In this document: positions 34,608-38,660 of the stretch, one piece after another | Layout: every line of letters begins with the position of its first letter | Position numbering within the stretch: position 1 is the first letter of the stretch | Origin: a virus | Taxonomy: Duplodnaviria; Caudoviricetes | Virus record (IMG/VR): IMGVR_UViG_3300003375_000062 | Location: 1-38,660 of that record | Strand: one strand, 5' to 3' | Length of the DNA: 38,660 bases | The notes under the pieces: generated by a model | What the model saw: the letters and a program-made list of their open reading frames with translations, nothing else | Told to the model about the DNA's origin: nothing | Databases searched by the model: none | Translations under genes and position numbers: made by a program

Positions 34608-36464
34608 ATGTTTGGACATAACCAAATTGTTGGTGAAAAGTATTTTAAGGATGCTGGCGAGAAACTGTTTGTAACCAGCATCTTCTATACCTTGCAGGGG
34701 GAAGGCCCTTATCGTGGTGAGCCGGCAGTGTTTGTGAGGCTCGCCAAATGCAATCTCAACTGCTCGTTTTGTTTTGTACCGTCTACTCCCATTCTAATGG
34801 GAGACGGCACGACAAAAAACATAGTTGATGTTCAAGTAGGCGATATGGTTATGTCGTGGAACGGAACACAATATCTACCGAAACCTGTCATTCGAAAATA
34901 TGAAAGTATAGCCAACCGTATCATGAAGGTTGAGGCTGGTGCCCGTAAATTTTGGGTAACTCCGGAACATCCGTTCCTCACTTCAAACAGAGGATGGGTT
35001 GATGCACAAGATCTCACACAGGGTGATATACTTGTTCATTTCAGTGTAAGTGATCGCATGAGCATGTTCAATCCAGTTCTCCAAGATGGGTTTCTTCGCA
35101 AACCTCTTTCGCCAGATGCTGCACAAAAAGCTCGAGAAAATCTTATCAAGCTGTGGAAAGATCCAGAGTTTAGAGCCGCTAATACTGCTAGAATGATTGA
35201 CAGCAATCCAATGAAAGACCCTGCGGTCGCTGCAAAAGGATTCATTTCAAGAACACATCATAAGAAAAGTGGAGTTGAACTCCGTTTTGAAAAAATATGT
35301 GAAGGGCTTCCGATCACTTATATAGGTGACGGAAGCGGCGAAACTATTGCACATCGCATACCAGATTTTATTGTCGACGGGCAAAAGAAAGTAATTGAAA
35401 TTTGGGCTGCTGATGCAGACTTTGCTAAAGACAGAGATGACACGTGGGTTGCTAATCGACGCAAACTTTTTGAAAAGAATGGGTACGAAACCATGTTCCT
35501 CCCGTTGATGCCAACTGATCTGAGAAGTGATAATCATCAACGTCTCAGAGAGAAAGTTGCATCGTTTGTCCACAACGGTATAGTAATCACCAAAGTTTCC
35601 GAGGTAAAGGATGGTAGAGGATTTGCTCGCCTGTATGGATCAAAGACTGCTGAACGAACCGTTTATAACTTAGAGGTAGAGGATACCCACACATACCTTG
35701 CCAATAACTGTGTAGTTCATAATTGCGACACCTTCTTCGATGACGGTGACTGGCTCACCATCGAGGAGATTGATGCTCGCATTGAGAAAACCATTTCAGA
35801 CTACTTTGAAGGAGATGTTCCGCTTTGGGCCCGCGAACTGTGGGGTGGAGTTGGCGTGGAAGGCGATGCTGGTCCACAAGTACCACTTAAGAAAAGAGAA
35901 ATGGTGCTGGTGGTCACCGGTGGCGAGCCCATGCTGCAAAAGAATCTTGTGCCCTTCCTGGAGTATATGAACAAACGATTTGACAAGACTCAGATCGAGA
36001 GCAATGGTACCATTGTGCAAAACATTCCCGCAGAAACCACATTGGTAGTAAGCCCCAAGTGCAGTGAAAAACACGGTGTGGCAATCAAATATCTGGAGCC
36101 AAGACCAGAGATGCTGGCCCGCGCCAACTGCCTCAAATTCGTGATGAGCGCGGATGCTGAGTCGCCGTACAGTGTGGTACCAGACTGGGCGCTGGCATGG
36201 CGTCAACAAACTTCAAACCCTGTGTTTGTTAGTCCGATGAACATTTATAATTCTGAGCCACAAAAAAGCAAGCAGCTACGGGCAAATACCAACCAGATTA
36301 CCTTGGCAGAGCGCAGCACGGTCGACGAGGTAATTTCCTTTTGGGAAGAAGGATTGCTGAACATGCCTGAGAACCAGAAAAATCATGAATACACTGCTAG
36401 ATTCTGTGCAAAACACGGATTGATCTTGAATTTACAGATCCATCTCTATGCAAGTCTGGCCTAA
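34608..36464 (+). CDS. queE: 7-carboxy-7-deazaguanine synthase (radical SAM) with an intein
   Basis: SIFYTLQGEG...VFVRLAKCNLNCSF[intein]CDT, VTGGEPMLQ, IESNG, VSPK, LQIH. Confidence 0.92.
   Translation: MFGHNQIVGEKYFKDAGEKLFVTSIFYTLQGEGPYRGEPAVFVRLAKCNLNCSFCFVPSTPILMGDGTTKNIVDVQVGDMVMSWNGTQYLPKPVIRKYESIANRIMKVEAGARKFWVTPEHPFLTSNRGWVDAQDLTQGDILVHFSVSDRMSMFNPVLQDGFLRKPLSPDAAQKARENLIKLWKDPEFRAANTARMIDSNPMKDPAVAAKGFISRTHHKKSGVELRFEKICEGLPITYIGDGSGETIAHRIPDFIVDGQKKVIEIWAADADFAKDRDDTWVANRRKLFEKNGYETMFLPLMPTDLRSDNHQRLREKVASFVHNGIVITKVSEVKDGRGFARLYGSKTAERTVYNLEVEDTHTYLANNCVVHNCDTFFDDGDWLTIEEIDARIEKTISDYFEGDVPLWARELWGGVGVEGDAGPQVPLKKREMVLVVTGGEPMLQKNLVPFLEYMNKRFDKTQIESNGTIVQNIPAETTLVVSPKCSEKHGVAIKYLEPRPEMLARANCLKFVMSADAESPYSVVPDWALAWRQQTSNPVFVSPMNIYNSEPQKSKQLRANTNQITLAERSTVDEVISFWEEGLLNMPENQKNHEYTARFCAKHGLILNLQIHLYASLA
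34770..35723 (+). mobile_element. Intein (318 aa) with a Vsr/DUF559-like endonuclease domain
   Basis: Block A CFVPSTPILM, block B VTPEHPF, blocks F/G VYNLEVEDTHTYLANNCVVHN|C; internal IPDF...VIEIW...NGYETMF. Confidence 0.92.
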
Positions 36465-36477
36465 GGAGAATATACGC

Positions 36478-37077
36478 ATGCATAAACCATTGTTACCTTT
36501 TGGATTTTGGCCCGGTCACTGGGGATTAAAGGGCAAAACTCGCGAGATTGCCAAAGCAGAATATGAAAGCTCAACGCCCTACGAGCTGGACGTTAGGCTG
36601 CTAGAAATCAATCATGGTGATGATAGCGCAGCCATGGCCCGAGGCAAGCTGGACCTAGATCTCAAACACGGTTATCTCACGGATTATGAATACCGGCAAA
36701 AGCTAGCTGATATAGAAAATAATCATGATGACACGCTCGCCGCCATTGCCAAGCTAGACATAGATCTAGAACATAAAAAGATCACGCAACTGGAATATGA
36801 TCGTAAAAAGGCTGACTTACTCGAAGAGCCTTGGGTAAGCATGCCAACCATTAATTGGGACCCTGCTGTCAGTAATAGGACTTATTTTCAGCTTGATTAT
36901 AATGATTATTTTTATAAAAATCTCCTTGCAAATGGATACGAAGGTACCGAAGACGACGTTATCAACAAGTGGTTGAACGACATTTGTATCAGCATCATTG
37001 AAGAAATCAATGGTATGGAAGCCGAATTGGTTACGCCAACACGCAGGGCAGATTTAACGGACGATGGCGACGAATGA
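36478..37077 (+). CDS. Conserved hypothetical protein
   Basis: AAGGAG RBS; EPWV...YFQLDYNDYF...GYEG...INKW. Confidence 0.75.
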   Translation: MHKPLLPFGFWPGHWGLKGKTREIAKAEYESSTPYELDVRLLEINHGDDSAAMARGKLDLDLKHGYLTDYEYRQKLADIENNHDDTLAAIAKLDIDLEHKKITQLEYDRKKADLLEEPWVSMPTINWDPAVSNRTYFQLDYNDYFYKNLLANGYEGTEDDVINKWLNDICISIIEEINGMEAELVTPTRRADLTDDGDE

Positions 37078-37084
37078 TTTAAGC

Positions 37085-37112
37085 TTGACTACGATCTAAC
37101 CAACGCTATAAT
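37085..37112 (+). promoter_or_regulatory. Sigma70-like promoter
   Basis: TTGACT-16 nt-TATAAT upstream of rnh. Confidence 0.6.
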
Positions 37113-37140
37113 AAATTATAGCAATCTGATCGGATCAAAC

Positions 37141-38145
37141 ATGTCACAGACTTACATCATAATTGATACCCAAAATTTATTCATGCGTGTGCGTCACGGT
37201 GTTAAAGCCCCAGACACCGAACAGCAACTGGCGTTGGCCCTGCACATTATCTTCAGCAGCATCAAAAAGGTATGGAACCAATTTGATGCTGCCCACACGG
37301 TATTTTGTTTGGAAGGTCGCAGCTGGAGGAAAAATGTCTATGCACCTTATAAGGCCAATAGAAAAGTAGCTGCAAACAAGCGCTCTCCTAGAGAAGTTGA
37401 AGAAGATACCATTTTCTTTGAAGTCATGGACGAGTTTGTGCAGTTTGTTAGCAAAGCAACCAACTGCACGGTTCTTCGCCATCCAGAAGCTGAAGCAGAC
37501 GATATGGTCGCACGTTGGATTGGTTTACATCCAAACGACACACATGTGGTCATCAGCAGTGACAGTGACTTCCAGCAATTGATTGCTGATAATGTGATGA
37601 TCTACAATGGAATTTCAGGGTTGTTGCTGACCAAAAATGGAATTTTTGATAAAGATGGTAAGATTGCCAAAAACAAACATGGTGTTGACTTAGCTGTTCC
37701 AAATCCTGAATGGCTTCTGTTTGAAAAGTGCATGCGGGGAGACGATGGCGACAACGTGATGAGTGCATTCCCTGGTGTGCGCACGAAAAAGCTACAGGAT
37801 GCATACGAAGATCGTCATAACAAAGGATTTGCCTGGAACAATTTAATGCTGAGCAAATGGACGGATCACGAAGGCGTTGAACACAGGGTCAAGGACGACT
37901 ATGATCGAAATCGTTTGCTGATTGATCTTCAACAGCAACCTGCTGATCTAGCTGAGAAGTTTGATGAAACGGTAAGGACCAGCATCGTAACGGATCCCCG
38001 GCGGCAGGTCGGTCTAGCACTGATCAAGTTTTGCAATCGGCACGGGTTGGTTAAGATTGAAAAAACCAGCGCAGAATATAGCCCGTGTTTCAGTTCGGTA
38101 TACGCCGGGACCTTGTTATCGTCTGCCGCGCAGGATTTGGATTAG
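37141..38145 (+). CDS. rnh: T4 RNase H-like 5'-3' exonuclease (FEN family)
   Basis: IIDTQN, SWRK...YKANR, EADD, SSDSDFQQL, GDDGDNV. Confidence 0.92.
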   Translation: MSQTYIIIDTQNLFMRVRHGVKAPDTEQQLALALHIIFSSIKKVWNQFDAAHTVFCLEGRSWRKNVYAPYKANRKVAANKRSPREVEEDTIFFEVMDEFVQFVSKATNCTVLRHPEAEADDMVARWIGLHPNDTHVVISSDSDFQQLIADNVMIYNGISGLLLTKNGIFDKDGKIAKNKHGVDLAVPNPEWLLFEKCMRGDDGDNVMSAFPGVRTKKLQDAYEDRHNKGFAWNNLMLSKWTDHEGVEHRVKDDYDRNRLLIDLQQQPADLAEKFDETVRTSIVTDPRRQVGLALIKFCNRHGLVKIEKTSAEYSPCFSSVYAGTLLSSAAQDLD

Positions 38146-38159
38146 GAGACAATAAGAAA

Positions 38160-38639
38160 ATGGCAGCAAAATATAGCCTTAAGCCGCTGGGAGATAACAG
38201 TTGGTTGTTGTTGGCAGATGGGGATCGCCTTGGGCTTGTAAATGAGATTGATGGCAAAATCACCGTAATTGGAAAGATTGAACCAAAATCATATGAAAGC
38301 ATATCTGCATTAGAAAAACATCTGGGCAGTAAGATTACAATTGAGGAGATTACAGTACTTACCAAGGAACCGGTCTCAGGAGATATCAATGGCTATCCAA
38401 TCAAGCATTCATCCTATTCAAATGTAGACCTGGAACCGTTTCCTAGCTATACCAAAACCGAGCGTACCAAGGAAAGATATGCAGCAGGGTATTGGGCATT
38501 GAAATTCCAGCAAGGATGGACACATGCATTTTGTCCACGATTGTCTACCCTAGCAGAGTACGATAACATCGGTCCGTATACAACCAGGCTGGAAATGTTG
38601 CATCAAATATCACAAAAAAACAAGGAAATTCAGTTATGA
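38160..38639 (+). CDS. Hypothetical protein
   Basis: AGGAG RBS; YTKT...YAAGYW...FCPRLSTL..Y...GPY. Confidence 0.7.
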   Translation: MAAKYSLKPLGDNSWLLLADGDRLGLVNEIDGKITVIGKIEPKSYESISALEKHLGSKITIEEITVLTKEPVSGDINGYPIKHSSYSNVDLEPFPSYTKTERTKERYAAGYWALKFQQGWTHAFCPRLSTLAEYDNIGPYTTRLEMLHQISQKNKEIQL

Positions 38640-38660
38640 GCACCGCTGCACTGGAAGTTT

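Noticed and set aside
362-38389. Many short antisense or alternate-frame ORFs in the track
   Set aside because: They overlap well-supported + strand genes and lack RBS or motifs; only 12022-12390 and 24772-25782 are credible minus-strand genes.
1-38660. CRISPR array, retron/DGR or stop-codon reassignment
   Set aside because: No regularly spaced repeats and no reverse transcriptase; TAA, TAG and TGA all end recognisable genes at the expected positions.

Overview
Gene-dense, almost entirely + strand segment of a large T4-superfamily-like (jumbo-type) dsDNA phage. Its auxiliary genes (heme oxygenase + bilin reductase, dadA, plcP-agt) suggest an alphaproteobacterial host (inference). It contains: (i) metabolic and repair genes (HO, PcyA/PcyX-type reductase, vWA, DadA, ATP-dependent ligase, UV endonuclease, three tandem nucleotidyltransferases, SAM decarboxylase, HAD, GDPD, GalE); (ii) a family-B DNA polymerase split into two genes by a free-standing HNH endonuclease, with an ORF-less group I intron (19385-19640) in motif B, followed by a probable sliding clamp; (iii) a PlcP + glycosyltransferase lipid-remodelling pair; (iv) a 7-deazaguanine cluster (QueD-like/DpdL-like, GT-B glycosyltransferase, TGT/DpdA-like, FolE, QueD, intein-containing QueE; no QueC in the window) invaded by homing endonucleases that left dead terminal stubs of their target genes. 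Two unexplained structured non-coding elements stand out: a ~430-nt multi-hairpin RNA candidate (2700-3130) and a preQ1-I-like pseudoknot leader before the ancestral queD start (31319-31389). All assignments are by eye from motifs; no searches or folding programs were run.
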